Below, piece by piece: positions 35,089 through 44,566 of a stretch of DNA of 55,329 bases (position 1 is its first letter; each line of letters opens with the position of its first letter). Origin of the DNA: a virus (lineage: Duplodnaviria; Caudoviricetes). Made by a program: the position numbers and the translations under genes. The DNA is taken from IMG/VR virus record IMGVR_UViG_3300012582_000006, positions 1-55,329 of that record; one strand, written 5' to 3'. A model generated the notes under the pieces. The model had not been told where the DNA came from. It saw nothing but the letters and a program-made list of their open reading frames with translations, and did not search any database.

Positions 35089-35889
35089 ATGCCTTTAGTC
35101 TTTACACAATTAGCGTCTGATAATTTTCAAAGACCAGATGAAAGTCCTCTTAGCAACGGAGGATTGTGGTCGTCCACAGATGACGTTGCTGGAGATGGTC
35201 CTCCATTTAAGAAAAATGGATTGGCTCAGTTACGGTCTGGGGCGGTGACGAATTTGGAAGATGGTCGATTTTCGCAGAGTTTGTGGTTAGGTCCAGAGAA
35301 TTTCACAAATGACCAATATTCCGAATTTACTTATCTGGCGGCTGACCAGGTAACGTATCATGGTCCGATCGTTCGGGCGCAAACAGTAGACTATCAAAGT
35401 GGATATAAAGCGATTGTAGAGCCATTCGCACAGACGGGGACGGCTCTAGTGTTTATTGACCGGCAGGACAATTCTGGCCCTGCAAATCCTTCGGCACGCC
35501 TAGCCACGGGCGAGTTTCCTTGTCAGCTGGGAGATGTACTTCGGATAGCGGCAGTTGGAAATGTGATTTCCTTTTACATCAATGGTGTGCAAAAACTAAC
35601 AGTTGTAGATAATACATACGCCAGTGGAAAAATCGGGTTTGGGACTTTCCATTATTTTCTAGGAACACGCAACAACAATGCCATTTCTTCATGGGCCGGC
35701 GGTATGGTTTCTCCAGCCTTATCAGAAGTAGATTTCCGTGAAATAGAATCGTCCGGAGAAGTTCAGTTACAATCTGTAGAATCGTCCGGAGAAGTTCAGT
35801 TACAATCTGTAAGTCTTTGTCCAAAAGCGACGTTCGGTGAGTTGACGTCCTCGGGTGAAGTACAGATAACAAGTTTGGATTCTGTGTAG
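35089..35889 (+). CDS. beta-sandwich (lectin/LamG-like) tail protein
   Basis: SDNFQRPD...NDQYSE...ISFYING...DNTYASGKIG...SWAGG. Confidence 0.6.
   Translation: MPLVFTQLASDNFQRPDESPLSNGGLWSSTDDVAGDGPPFKKNGLAQLRSGAVTNLEDGRFSQSLWLGPENFTNDQYSEFTYLAADQVTYHGPIVRAQTVDYQSGYKAIVEPFAQTGTALVFIDRQDNSGPANPSARLATGEFPCQLGDVLRIAAVGNVISFYINGVQKLTVVDNTYASGKIGFGTFHYFLGTRNNNAISSWAGGMVSPALSEVDFREIESSGEVQLQSVESSGEVQLQSVSLCPKATFGELTSSGEVQITSLDSV
35744..35809 (+). repeat. perfect 33 bp tandem duplication (in frame)
   Basis: TAGAATCGTCCGGAGAAGTTCAGTTACAATCTG x2. Confidence 0.9.
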
Positions 35890-35900
35890 GAAGTGTCTAA

Positions 35901-36227
35901 ATGCTACCAACGGTAATTAATCTGTATCCGAACAACACGCAAGTGATACAGATAACCGAATTGCAAGACAAAGTTTCGGGGACATTTCTGATCGCCGCTA
36001 CGGTGACGGCAACGTTGTACGATTCAAGAGGAGTTGCTGATCCGATTTTCAACGCGATTCCGATGACTTATGTGCCTGGAACGGATGCGACGTATCAGGG
36101 AATTATACCGGCATCGTTTACCGCGAAGCTGGGTGGTGGTTACACGCTAGTGCTGATCGCGACGCAGTCTGGAGTGCAGGGACAATTTACGATCCCTGTG
36201 GTTGTGAAAGCAAGGTCGCAGTCGTAG
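35901..36227 (+). CDS. Ig-like (BppU-N-like) structural protein
   Basis: ATVTATLYD...YQG...GGYTLVL beta pattern. Confidence 0.5.
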   Translation: MLPTVINLYPNNTQVIQITELQDKVSGTFLIAATVTATLYDSRGVADPIFNAIPMTYVPGTDATYQGIIPASFTAKLGGGYTLVLIATQSGVQGQFTIPVVVKARSQS

Positions 36228-36947
36228 ATGGCAACGCTGTTGGTACTAACGGAATTGTACGCTGGCGGTCCTGGATCGGGATGTCAGGGACCAAATTGCG
36301 GTCGTCCGCCCTCTGCACGGGAAGTCAGAAGAGAAGGGTTGAAGAAACAGATACAGCAGATAAGACTCCAGCTGAAGATCAAGCGCGGTCGGCCTGGTTA
36401 CATTTCGAAGAACAGACGCGAGAATTTGAAGATACTTAGAAAGGGTTTGCAGACTCTTCGTCGCTATGATCGAAGGGACAAGATGGCACCCGGACTTGTT
36501 CGTCGCGGCGGTAAGCTGGCGATTCCGGTAAAGCCCGCTTGGAAGGGAAGCGTGAAGAAGTCGTTCACGACACCGGAAGGTCACAAGATCACGATTCTCA
36601 AGCAACCAAAGGAATACGAGAAGTCCGGGATGACGTGGATCGGTAAGCCCAGTTCTTTCAAGGGTCAGTTCCATACCGATCAGGGAGACTTTATACAGCG
36701 GACGATGAACAATCCGAAGGAACGAAATTCGTTTTGGATCCATCAGGCTTCGCCGGACAAGGGTGTGTCGATCGAGTTGCACAGGAACATGGGTGAGCTG
36801 AAGGTGAAGGTAATCGAAAGGGAGTTGGGTCAGTACGATGCAATCGTGAAGCACAGGCAGGTGGAGTTCAACAATATGGGTGTCGCTTCAGGATTTTTGA
36901 TGCATAGATATGGGATTAGCTTTGGATTAAAACAGAGGCGGCTATGA
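36228..36947 (+). CDS. basic protein with N-terminal GGPGSG motif (putative internal head protein)
   Basis: ELYAGGPGSGCQGPNCGRP. Confidence 0.55.
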   Translation: MATLLVLTELYAGGPGSGCQGPNCGRPPSAREVRREGLKKQIQQIRLQLKIKRGRPGYISKNRRENLKILRKGLQTLRRYDRRDKMAPGLVRRGGKLAIPVKPAWKGSVKKSFTTPEGHKITILKQPKEYEKSGMTWIGKPSSFKGQFHTDQGDFIQRTMNNPKERNSFWIHQASPDKGVSIELHRNMGELKVKVIERELGQYDAIVKHRQVEFNNMGVASGFLMHRYGISFGLKQRRL

Positions 36948-37450
36948 AAGAAGAATGGCGGGAGATTCTTGATGGTTTTTACGAGGCGTCTTCGTTAGGT
37001 AGGATTCGTAGAAGATTGCCAGGAATGGGAGCACAAGTTGGTAAGATTTTAAGTCAGTGGCCATTGAAGAATGGTTACTTGCATATAGTCGTTTGTATTA
37101 ATGGTGTGAAAAGAGGATTTTTGGTTCACAGATTAGTGATGTTAGCATTTCGAGGTCCATGTCCTCCTGGAAAAGAAGTGAATCATAAAGATACTGTGAA
37201 ATCGAATTGTAGGATAGACAATCTTGAGTATAAGACACATGTTAAGAATATTCGTCATGCTATTAAGCTTGGTTTAGGCACGTCCGGAGAAAGAAATGGT
37301 TGTTCAAAATTGACTTGGAAGAAAGTGAATGAGATAAAAAAGTTTCGTATAGAGGCTAATCTTACTCAAAGAGCTTTGGGCGTTCGCTTTGGTGTTACTA
37401 GCGGAACAATTGGAAGAGTGCTTCGTTGTGAATCTTGGAGACAAGCATGA
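36944..37450 (+). CDS. NUMOD4-HNH homing endonuclease
   Basis: EEWREI..FYEASSLGRIR, VHRLV, VNHKD..KSNCRIDNLEY, C-terminal HTH. Confidence 0.9.
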   Translation: MKEEWREILDGFYEASSLGRIRRRLPGMGAQVGKILSQWPLKNGYLHIVVCINGVKRGFLVHRLVMLAFRGPCPPGKEVNHKDTVKSNCRIDNLEYKTHVKNIRHAIKLGLGTSGERNGCSKLTWKKVNEIKKFRIEANLTQRALGVRFGVTSGTIGRVLRCESWRQA

Positions 37451-37626
37451 CGATACAGGAAGCTCGTAGGCAGTTGACACACGAAGAGATGTTGAAGGTA
37501 ACGGAGCTTGCTTTGTCGTCCGGTCCTTTCTCGATCGAGAAAGTAAAAAGAAAGAATGGTCGGTTGGCAGTCTTGGTAAAGTTTCAGAAGACCGGAGAAA
37601 CAAAGATCATAGACATGGGAGACTAG
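37447..37626 (+). CDS. hypothetical protein
   Basis: coupled ORF. Confidence 0.5.
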   Translation: MTIQEARRQLTHEEMLKVTELALSSGPFSIEKVKRKNGRLAVLVKFQKTGETKIIDMGD

Positions 37627-37750
37627 CATGGAGTCGCTGAAGCAGTGGATGGACAAGCAGTATCGGTTTCTGATGTTGGGGGCAATGGCAGTGGAACTGT
37701 TTTTGTTGGGTTGGTTGGTGGTCGTAGAGACGTGGGGACGAAGATAAAAA

Positions 37751-38281
37751 ATGTTCGGACCGATTAGCAAACAAAGATTGGCACTGGTGGAACCAACGTT
37801 GGCGGAATTGATGTATACGTTGGAAAGTCAAATGTCGGAACCGATCGGGATCACCCAGGGTGTCAGATCGGATATGGAGCAGGAAGCTTTGTTTATGCAG
37901 GGCCGCTATCCTGTGGATCAGGTAAATGCGCTTAGATTGAAAGTCGGCTGGGCGCTGATACTGGCATCACAGAATATCAGAACGGTAACAAATGCCAAGC
38001 CCGGTTACTCCTGGCATCCGTTTGGGATGGCGGTGGACGCGGTACCTTTTGATTCGGCGATGCATCCAGATTGGAACGAAGAACATCCGGTATGGAAAGA
38101 GATGATCGAGAAGGGGAAGGCACTCGGCTTGACGTCCGGGATCAGTTGGAAGGATGAACCACACTTCCAACTAACAGGAAGGTTTCCGGTAACGCCAACA
38201 GAGGAAGTAAGGTTGTTGGCACAGGCGGGTGGAATGCAAACGGTTTGGAGTGCGGCAGGAATTCAAGTGAGAGGTGGATAA
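37751..38281 (+). CDS. endolysin, M15 family (L-Ala-D-Glu peptidase-like)
   Basis: GVRS..EQ..L, VTNAKPGYSWH..GMAVD, DEPHFQL. Confidence 0.9.
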   Translation: MFGPISKQRLALVEPTLAELMYTLESQMSEPIGITQGVRSDMEQEALFMQGRYPVDQVNALRLKVGWALILASQNIRTVTNAKPGYSWHPFGMAVDAVPFDSAMHPDWNEEHPVWKEMIEKGKALGLTSGISWKDEPHFQLTGRFPVTPTEEVRLLAQAGGMQTVWSAAGIQVRGG

Positions 38282-39083
38282 CATGAAGCTAGCGGAAGCA
38301 AATACTTTTGCCAGGTTGCGGGAAGATGGATATACGAAACGGATTCCGAAAGAGATCAAGAATGCACTAGAGCTGGCTGTGGATATTTTTGCTGAAGCAG
38401 AAGAAAGAGAACAGCCGTTCTTGTATCATACTCCTGAGACCTGGGCGAGAAAATGGCTTCCGTCAAAGAAGTTCCGGCTGATGCGTCTGCCTTTGAACGC
38501 GGCGGCAATGCCTTGCGAACCGAAGGGAGATAATCTTGTCTTGAAAAAGATCCATGCGATGGAAGCGAAACCAATCGTGGTCGACTACAATCGGAACCAA
38601 GTCGGAAAATCCTTCCACGGTTTCGTTCCTCAGGTCATCGTGATCGACGGGAAGCACAGATTCAAGGCTGCGGCTCTGAGAGGCGAGACACATATCATGG
38701 CGTGGGTTGGGGAGCTGGCGGCGGAATCGATGCAGGCATTGGGTGGTGGCGGTCCGGCTCCGGAACATACGGCACCGGCATCGGGTGCAAAGCTGGTTGC
38801 TCAGGGTTCGTCGAGACAGGAAACACGGTTGGCAAACAGAATGGGAACCTATGCGGAAGGAAAGAAGCTGAAGACGTTGAACGTAAAGAAAATCATTTCG
38901 GAATATCAAAAAGACAGGACGATGGGACGGGTTACGGCGGCAACATTAATCAAGGCATCAGTTCCACCAGAATGGGAGGATACAGTCAAAGAGCTTAAGA
39001 AGCATCCGGAGGTTGATAATCCGTATGCGTTAGCGAATTGGATGGATAACAAGGGTTATACTCCAGGTGGAGATAAGAAGTGA
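38274..39083 (+). CDS. ParB/Srx-N-like domain protein with extra C-terminal modules
   Basis: PIVVD...VIDGKHRFKAA. Confidence 0.65.
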   Translation: MDNMKLAEANTFARLREDGYTKRIPKEIKNALELAVDIFAEAEEREQPFLYHTPETWARKWLPSKKFRLMRLPLNAAAMPCEPKGDNLVLKKIHAMEAKPIVVDYNRNQVGKSFHGFVPQVIVIDGKHRFKAAALRGETHIMAWVGELAAESMQALGGGGPAPEHTAPASGAKLVAQGSSRQETRLANRMGTYAEGKKLKTLNVKKIISEYQKDRTMGRVTAATLIKASVPPEWEDTVKELKKHPEVDNPYALANWMDNKGYTPGGDKK

Positions 39084-39838
39084 GAAAAGGAAGTAAAAGG
39101 TCTAAAGCAGACAAGAAAAGAATCTCGATAGCTACTCGTAAAGCTATGAGACGGCCTGAGGTTTATAAGAAGCTTGGGTCTGGGGTGAGAGGTAAGCCTG
39201 CCTGGAATAAGGGTTTGACGGAAAAGACAAGCAAGTCTGTTGCTTTGAATGCTAGTAAAATGAGAAAGACATTGAGAGACGGTCCAACTAGAAAAGCGTG
39301 GAATAAAGGATTGAGCTGTCCACGAGATAAAGATTCGTCAAAACGTAGTGGGCAAACGTTTAGAAGAAGGTATGCTGAAGGATTGATCAAGACTAGTCCG
39401 GTTAAGTGGCCAGGTATTCGCTACACAAGAAAAGACGGTTCGAAGGTTTATCTGCGCTCGAGCTATGAGCGGACGTTTGCTGTAATGTTGGATTCGGTAG
39501 GGATGGAATGGTTTTATGAACCAAAAAGATTTTTGTTGTCAGACGGGCATGTGTATACGCCTGATTTTCTAATTTTCATTCCAGAAGAACTAAAGTGGTT
39601 GTTTGGAAGAGCGATGGAGTTTGTGGAAGTAAAAGGTTGGTTTCGTGACTCAGATAGGAAAAAGCTGGAGCTGTTTAGAAAAGACTATCCGCAAGTTCCA
39701 TTTCGTTTTGTAGATAATAATTCCATGCTGCTGTTGCAAATTCTGGAAAGGCACTTTGAAGGTAAAAAACTTGAACCAAGACATCGAACTAGATTGGAGG
39801 AATTTGAAATGGCTATGAAGAGAGGAAAGGGGAAATAA
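39080..39838 (+). CDS. homing-type endonuclease: NUMOD3-like repeats + PD-(D/E)xK domain
   Basis: AWNKGL repeats; LRSSYE..WFYEP..YTPDF..VEVKG. Confidence 0.8.
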   Translation: MRKGSKRSKADKKRISIATRKAMRRPEVYKKLGSGVRGKPAWNKGLTEKTSKSVALNASKMRKTLRDGPTRKAWNKGLSCPRDKDSSKRSGQTFRRRYAEGLIKTSPVKWPGIRYTRKDGSKVYLRSSYERTFAVMLDSVGMEWFYEPKRFLLSDGHVYTPDFLIFIPEELKWLFGRAMEFVEVKGWFRDSDRKKLELFRKDYPQVPFRFVDNNSMLLLQILERHFEGKKLEPRHRTRLEEFEMAMKRGKGK

Positions 39839-40594
39839 ATGTCACACACAGTAATCAGGGATCTATTCGGTGCGGCACAATTGGCAATGCAGAAACCGCC
39901 AATGAGAAACGATCAGTCCGATCTGGACAACAGTCCGGGTGGGGCGCAGAATCCAAATCAACAAGGACAGCAGATGCCTGCGGAAGTATCGTCTGCGCCG
40001 TACATCAAGTTGCTGACGAAGTTGGGCTACGAGTACCAGGGATCGGACGAAGACTTGGGTGGTGGAAAAATCGGTTCCAGTTTTCAGGGACCGGACGGCG
40101 ATATGATCATGGTAAAGCCCGACGGCTCGTGGACCAGGTTCGGACCTGGTGCACAGAGATCACAAGGGAAGTCGTCGCAGGATCTTGGGCATGCCTTGGT
40201 TCGCGATTCCTTGCAGCAGGGTGACGATCAGAATCATCATGCCGCGTTGCGCCAGGCCGGATACCAGAAAGTGCATAAGGATAAGGACGGGAATCAGTAC
40301 TACAAGCATCCACAGACGGGGAAGACAGTGCATGTGAAGAAGGACGGCAGTTGGGGAAGCTCGGCCGGAACGGGTCGTGGTGCAGGGAAGCTGAGAGACT
40401 TCCTTGGCAACGAATCACTGGAGAACCAGGATCCGGCAGTGATGCAGAATAAATTGAAGCAGCAGCAATTGAAGCAGCAGGGGGATCAGTTGAAGCAAGG
40501 CGGTGGTGGTGTGGGTGGCAGACAGACAAACGGAACTCGTACCGGAAACGGAACGAGAGCTGGGGCGAGGTTCGGCGGGAGGGGAGGTTTCTGA
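39839..40594 (+). CDS. Gly/Gln-rich protein with two copies of a small domain (putative internal head protein)
   Basis: duplicated L..xGY...V..DGSW...G...L unit. Confidence 0.55.
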   Translation: MSHTVIRDLFGAAQLAMQKPPMRNDQSDLDNSPGGAQNPNQQGQQMPAEVSSAPYIKLLTKLGYEYQGSDEDLGGGKIGSSFQGPDGDMIMVKPDGSWTRFGPGAQRSQGKSSQDLGHALVRDSLQQGDDQNHHAALRQAGYQKVHKDKDGNQYYKHPQTGKTVHVKKDGSWGSSAGTGRGAGKLRDFLGNESLENQDPAVMQNKLKQQQLKQQGDQLKQGGGGVGGRQTNGTRTGNGTRAGARFGGRGGF

Positions 40595-41205
40595 TGCCGC
40601 TGACAATTCTCGATCACGTTGCTTCCGAATCGGTTGCATTACAGGCCGGTTGGATCAAGACGTTGCTGGCCGGTACGGAAATTCATGCTGCCGTAAGAGA
40701 GAACTTCGAAGATCATCCCGACGGCGGTCACAGGTGCAAGCTCTGTGGAGAACGGGTTGGACATCCGAGGGCTGCGGCTGCCCACTTGGCGGTGAAGCAT
40801 TGGCATGCGCTGAGGAAGCCAGCGAAGGGAGATCGGATTGCAGCTGTTGGAACTTCCGAAGGTGCCTCAAAGGGTTGGGATGCAAGAGGGAGAAGGACAC
40901 ACGACGTTTTGGTTTCGAGTGGTTTCAAGCATAGGGGAACGGATAACGGTCTTCATAAGTATACGGGAAAGACAAGGGAGAAAGATACGGAGGAAGAACG
41001 CGGTCGGGTAATCAATCATTCCGTGTGGGTGGATAAACAGACAGGGGCTTGGGCACATGAGTCTGGGCCACACGGATTGGGAATGGCAAGAGGTCGAGGA
41101 GATGGTCCTGGTTCCAAGTCTTTAGACAGCTATATTGGTTCAGGAAGGTTTCACGGTACGCACGCTCTTTCGAGGAATGGTCCGGTTTGGGATAGGTTGA
41201 GATAG
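40594..41205 (+). CDS. protein with C2H2-like finger and GTSEGASKGW motif (putative internal head protein)
   Basis: CKLC...H...H; VGTSEGASKGWDARGR. Confidence 0.55.
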   Translation: MPLTILDHVASESVALQAGWIKTLLAGTEIHAAVRENFEDHPDGGHRCKLCGERVGHPRAAAAHLAVKHWHALRKPAKGDRIAAVGTSEGASKGWDARGRRTHDVLVSSGFKHRGTDNGLHKYTGKTREKDTEEERGRVINHSVWVDKQTGAWAHESGPHGLGMARGRGDGPGSKSLDSYIGSGRFHGTHALSRNGPVWDRLR

Positions 41206-41230
41206 GTAGTTAAAAAAAAGGAGAAACGCG

Positions 41231-41428
41231 ATGGGCAAAAAGGTAAAATCAATTCAAGCAGATCGTCAGTCACCGAAGGATGTACCGACTCCGTTGAAGA
41301 AACAGGAGCCGACCGCATCAATTTGGCAAGAGGGCGGAAAGAAGTCTCCTGCTGATGCTTTGGCGAAAGACAAGTCCGATGTGCGAAAGCCCGTTGGTCC
41401 GGGCAATACGACTGCTCCGGGTACGTGA
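41231..41428 (+). CDS. small disordered protein
   Basis: AAGGAG RBS; Pro/Lys-rich. Confidence 0.5.
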   Translation: MGKKVKSIQADRQSPKDVPTPLKKQEPTASIWQEGGKKSPADALAKDKSDVRKPVGPGNTTAPGT

Positions 41429-41471
41429 TAAAATAGCTCTGAGGGGCTGACAAACAGCAATCGTAACGTCT

Positions 41472-41921
41472 ATGATCCAAAGTACCATGACCGTTTTGGA
41501 ACAGCACAAATCGGGTCTAATTGCGATTGTTTGGAACGGTACTTTTGCATCGGTTCAATTCAATTGCAGTTGCCTGGATGCAATGCATTTGTGTCACGGC
41601 ATGTGTTGCAAGAGACGGGCAGGGTACGCAGTGGAATTGGAAGAATTGGAGAAGGGCAGATACTTCTCAGTTCCCCATCCGACCAGACCAGGCGTGGAGA
41701 TTCTCGATTCCTGGAAAGACGGATCGAGATGCGTCTATCAGAAAGAAAACGGATTGTGTTCGATCCATGAAGACAGACCAAAGATGTGTCGTCAATGGCA
41801 TTGTTCTCCTGAAGGGGAGGCGACAGACAAGCAGATAGAAAGAAGAGACGCCGGATGGCAACTACTCCCGGTCCGAAAAGAAGAAGCGGATTTTGTTGAA
41901 TCGAGGAGGGTCAGTGGATAG
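41472..41921 (+). CDS. YkgJ/UPF0153 Cys-cluster (Fe-S or Zn) protein
   Basis: CHGMCC, CVYQ, CSIHEDRPKMCRQWHC. Confidence 0.8.
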   Translation: MIQSTMTVLEQHKSGLIAIVWNGTFASVQFNCSCLDAMHLCHGMCCKRRAGYAVELEELEKGRYFSVPHPTRPGVEILDSWKDGSRCVYQKENGLCSIHEDRPKMCRQWHCSPEGEATDKQIERRDAGWQLLPVRKEEADFVESRRVSG

Positions 41922-42300
41922 CATACAAGGTTTCACGTCACAGATCGTGTTGGGTGCGGTATTTTCCTACTTGTTGCAGATGCTGAAAAAGGTTTCCTGG
42001 TTTCCGATCCTGACGGAAGAGAGTGCGAAGGCTATAAAAATATTCTTTGCTTCGCTCACGTCGTTGTGTGCGGTAACGGGATTGACCTATGTGTACAATC
42101 CGATTGCGCATACGGTGCTGATAAGTAACTTCTCGTTGGCACTGGTCGGACATGCAGTCTGGCAATGGGCGACACAGTTCGTGATGCAAGAGGGTTGGTA
42201 CCAGTTGGTATTCAACAAACCAAAAGCATTACTGATACCGGCAACAACTCTGCCTGTTGGATTTGTCGGTGGAGTTGGTGCCAGTTCAATAAAGAAGTAG
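41914..42300 (+). CDS. putative holin
   Basis: three hydrophobic segments, LLQMLKK; GAGGAG RBS. Confidence 0.55.
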   Translation: MDSIQGFTSQIVLGAVFSYLLQMLKKVSWFPILTEESAKAIKIFFASLTSLCAVTGLTYVYNPIAHTVLISNFSLALVGHAVWQWATQFVMQEGWYQLVFNKPKALLIPATTLPVGFVGGVGASSIKK

Positions 42301-42313
42301 AGGGAGAAAAAGC

Positions 42314-43084
42314 ATGAAGGGAATTGTACTGGCCGGAGGTTTGGGCACGAGGCTCAGACCATTGACGTTGGTGACAAACAAACATCTACTTCCGGTATAT
42401 GACCGGCCGATGATATTTTATCCGCTGGATATGTTGTCGGAGGCTGGGATAGAAGATGTGATGATCGTGGTGGGTGGTCAGTCAACGGAAGAGATCGTGA
42501 AGCTCTGCAAGAACGGAAGCCAATGGGGATTCAAGTCGCTCTATTATGCATATCAGGAAGGGGAAGGAGGGATTGCGGCGGCACTGGCACTGACGGAGAA
42601 TTTCGTAAATAGAGATGATTGTTGCGTGGTGTTGGGCGATAACATCATGTTGGATGATTCGCTGCAACCCTATGTGAAGATGTATCGGCAGAAGTATAGT
42701 GGTGGGGCAATGGTGTTGGCGGCGGAAGTTTTAGATCCACAGAACTACGGGGTGCCGACGATCGAGGCTTCGACGCAGAGAATTCTTTGCATAACAGAAA
42801 AACCCAAATTGCCGATGAGTAAGTTTGGGATCATCGGCGTGTACTTCTACGACGCATCGGTATTCGGAAAGATCAGAAGTTGTTTGCCTTCTGCTCGAGG
42901 TGAACTGGAAATTACCGATGTGAACAATCTGTATGCGAACGAGCATGTGTTGGGATGGACAAAGGTGAAAGGAAAGTGGATTGATGCTGGGTCCAGTATC
43001 GAGGCTTGGTTGGCGGCAGGGAAGTTGGTGGAAGAGTATCAAAAGAAACCTGTACAAAAAGTCAAGATGTCTGCAGCGATATAA
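42314..43084 (+). CDS. rmlA: glucose-1-phosphate thymidylyltransferase
   Basis: MKGIVLAGGLGTRLRPLT...NKHLLPVYDRPMI, LGDN, EKP, SARGELEITD, WIDAG. Confidence 0.92.
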   Translation: MKGIVLAGGLGTRLRPLTLVTNKHLLPVYDRPMIFYPLDMLSEAGIEDVMIVVGGQSTEEIVKLCKNGSQWGFKSLYYAYQEGEGGIAAALALTENFVNRDDCCVVLGDNIMLDDSLQPYVKMYRQKYSGGAMVLAAEVLDPQNYGVPTIEASTQRILCITEKPKLPMSKFGIIGVYFYDASVFGKIRSCLPSARGELEITDVNNLYANEHVLGWTKVKGKWIDAGSSIEAWLAAGKLVEEYQKKPVQKVKMSAAI

Positions 43085-43098
43085 AAAAGGATGACGAT

Positions 43099-44100
43099 AT
43101 GAAAATACTCGTAACGGGAGCAAGTGGTTTCATCGGAAGTCATTTTGTAAAGGAGGTACTGGCGGAGACCGATCATTCCGTGGTGGCCTTTGTCAGGAAT
43201 TCGGATCAGCGAAACATAAACAGATTGGTTATTCACAGGGCTCGTGGCGCGATGTCGGACACGTTGAACAGGTTTCGGATCGTACACGGTGATCTGTTGA
43301 ATGATATCTCCGGGTTGTCGGAGGGTTGCGATGCGGTGGTGAACTTCGCGGCAAAGACATTTGTCGATCATTCGATTCGGGATCCGTGGCCGTTCATCGA
43401 GTCGAACGTGGTCGGCACGTACAAAATTCTGGAAGATGCCAGAAGAAATGGAGTCAAACGGTTCATTCAGATCTCGACCGACGAGGTGTACGGGGCAATC
43501 CTGGAAGGAGCGTACAAGGAGGACGCGAGAATAAATCCGACGAATCCTTATGCAGCTGCAAAGGCCGGAGCGGATGCCTTGGTAATCTCATACACCCACA
43601 CGTTCGGAATGTGGACGGCGATCACGAGAACGGAAAATAACTACGGACCGTATCAGCATTCTCAGAAAGTGTTTCCGACGTTTGTCAAGGCATTGCTGAA
43701 GGGTGAGAAGCTACCGATCTATGGCGATGGGAAACACAGGAGGCAGTGGTTGTGGGTGACGGATCATTGTACGGCGGTAATGAAACTTCTTGAAGCGGAT
43801 GTGGAACCGGGGCAGGTCTTCCATGTTGCCGGTTCACAAGAGTTGGAAAATCTGGAACTGGCAAAGCGAATCATTCAGGCATTTGATATCAAGATGAACG
43901 GAAAGGTTTCTGATAACGGTTCTTGGGAGAGTCGTATAAGACTTATCAACGACCGAAACGTTAGACCGGGACATGACAGGCGCTACGCTTTGGTTTGCGA
44001 TAAGATGAACAAACTTGGTTGGATACCGCACGTTGGTTTGCTAAAAGGGGTGACGGAAGCGGTGAAGTGGTACGTGGATAACAAGTGGTGGTTGGAATGA
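43099..44100 (+). CDS. rmlB: dTDP-glucose 4,6-dehydratase
   Basis: VTGASGFIGSHF, FVDHSI, STDEVYG, PYAAAK, NNYGPYQ, RPGHDRRY. Confidence 0.92.
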   Translation: MKILVTGASGFIGSHFVKEVLAETDHSVVAFVRNSDQRNINRLVIHRARGAMSDTLNRFRIVHGDLLNDISGLSEGCDAVVNFAAKTFVDHSIRDPWPFIESNVVGTYKILEDARRNGVKRFIQISTDEVYGAILEGAYKEDARINPTNPYAAAKAGADALVISYTHTFGMWTAITRTENNYGPYQHSQKVFPTFVKALLKGEKLPIYGDGKHRRQWLWVTDHCTAVMKLLEADVEPGQVFHVAGSQELENLELAKRIIQAFDIKMNGKVSDNGSWESRIRLINDRNVRPGHDRRYALVCDKMNKLGWIPHVGLLKGVTEAVKWYVDNKWWLE

Positions 44101-44450
44101 AGGTCCTTTGCATGTGTCAGGGCGGCAATTCAAGAAGCGTTGCGCTGGGCTTTCTGATGAAGTACCGGTATGGCGAAGATGCCCTGGCCTGTTCGTGGGA
44201 GAAGAATTCGCCCGAGACTTTGAAGATGCTGTTCGAGTGGGCTGACAGAATTTTCGTGATGCAGGAAATCTTCCGTCAATACGTTCCGGTGGAGTACCAC
44301 GAGAAGTTGTATGTCACGGATGTGGGTCCGGATATCTGGTGCAACGGCCTGCATCCGGATCTGCATAATTTGTTGATCAGTATGTTGGAGCCGAAGAAAG
44401 AAGAGGAAAAGAAAGATGAGATTCAGGCTGAAAGCGGATGCGGTATTTGA
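44097..44450 (+). CDS. low-molecular-weight phosphatase-like protein
   Basis: VLCMCQGGNSRS P-loop-like motif, EWADRIFVM. Confidence 0.7.
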   Translation: MKVLCMCQGGNSRSVALGFLMKYRYGEDALACSWEKNSPETLKMLFEWADRIFVMQEIFRQYVPVEYHEKLYVTDVGPDIWCNGLHPDLHNLLISMLEPKKEEEKKDEIQAESGCGI

Positions 44451-44566
44451 CGCAGACGATATTGACGACGCGTTGAGCGTGTTGTCAAAACATTTTGCAG
44501 ATGTGATCGACAGTTCATTTCAGTTTGAAGGGAAGTTGGAGATAAAGCCAGAAGGAGAAAAAGAAA

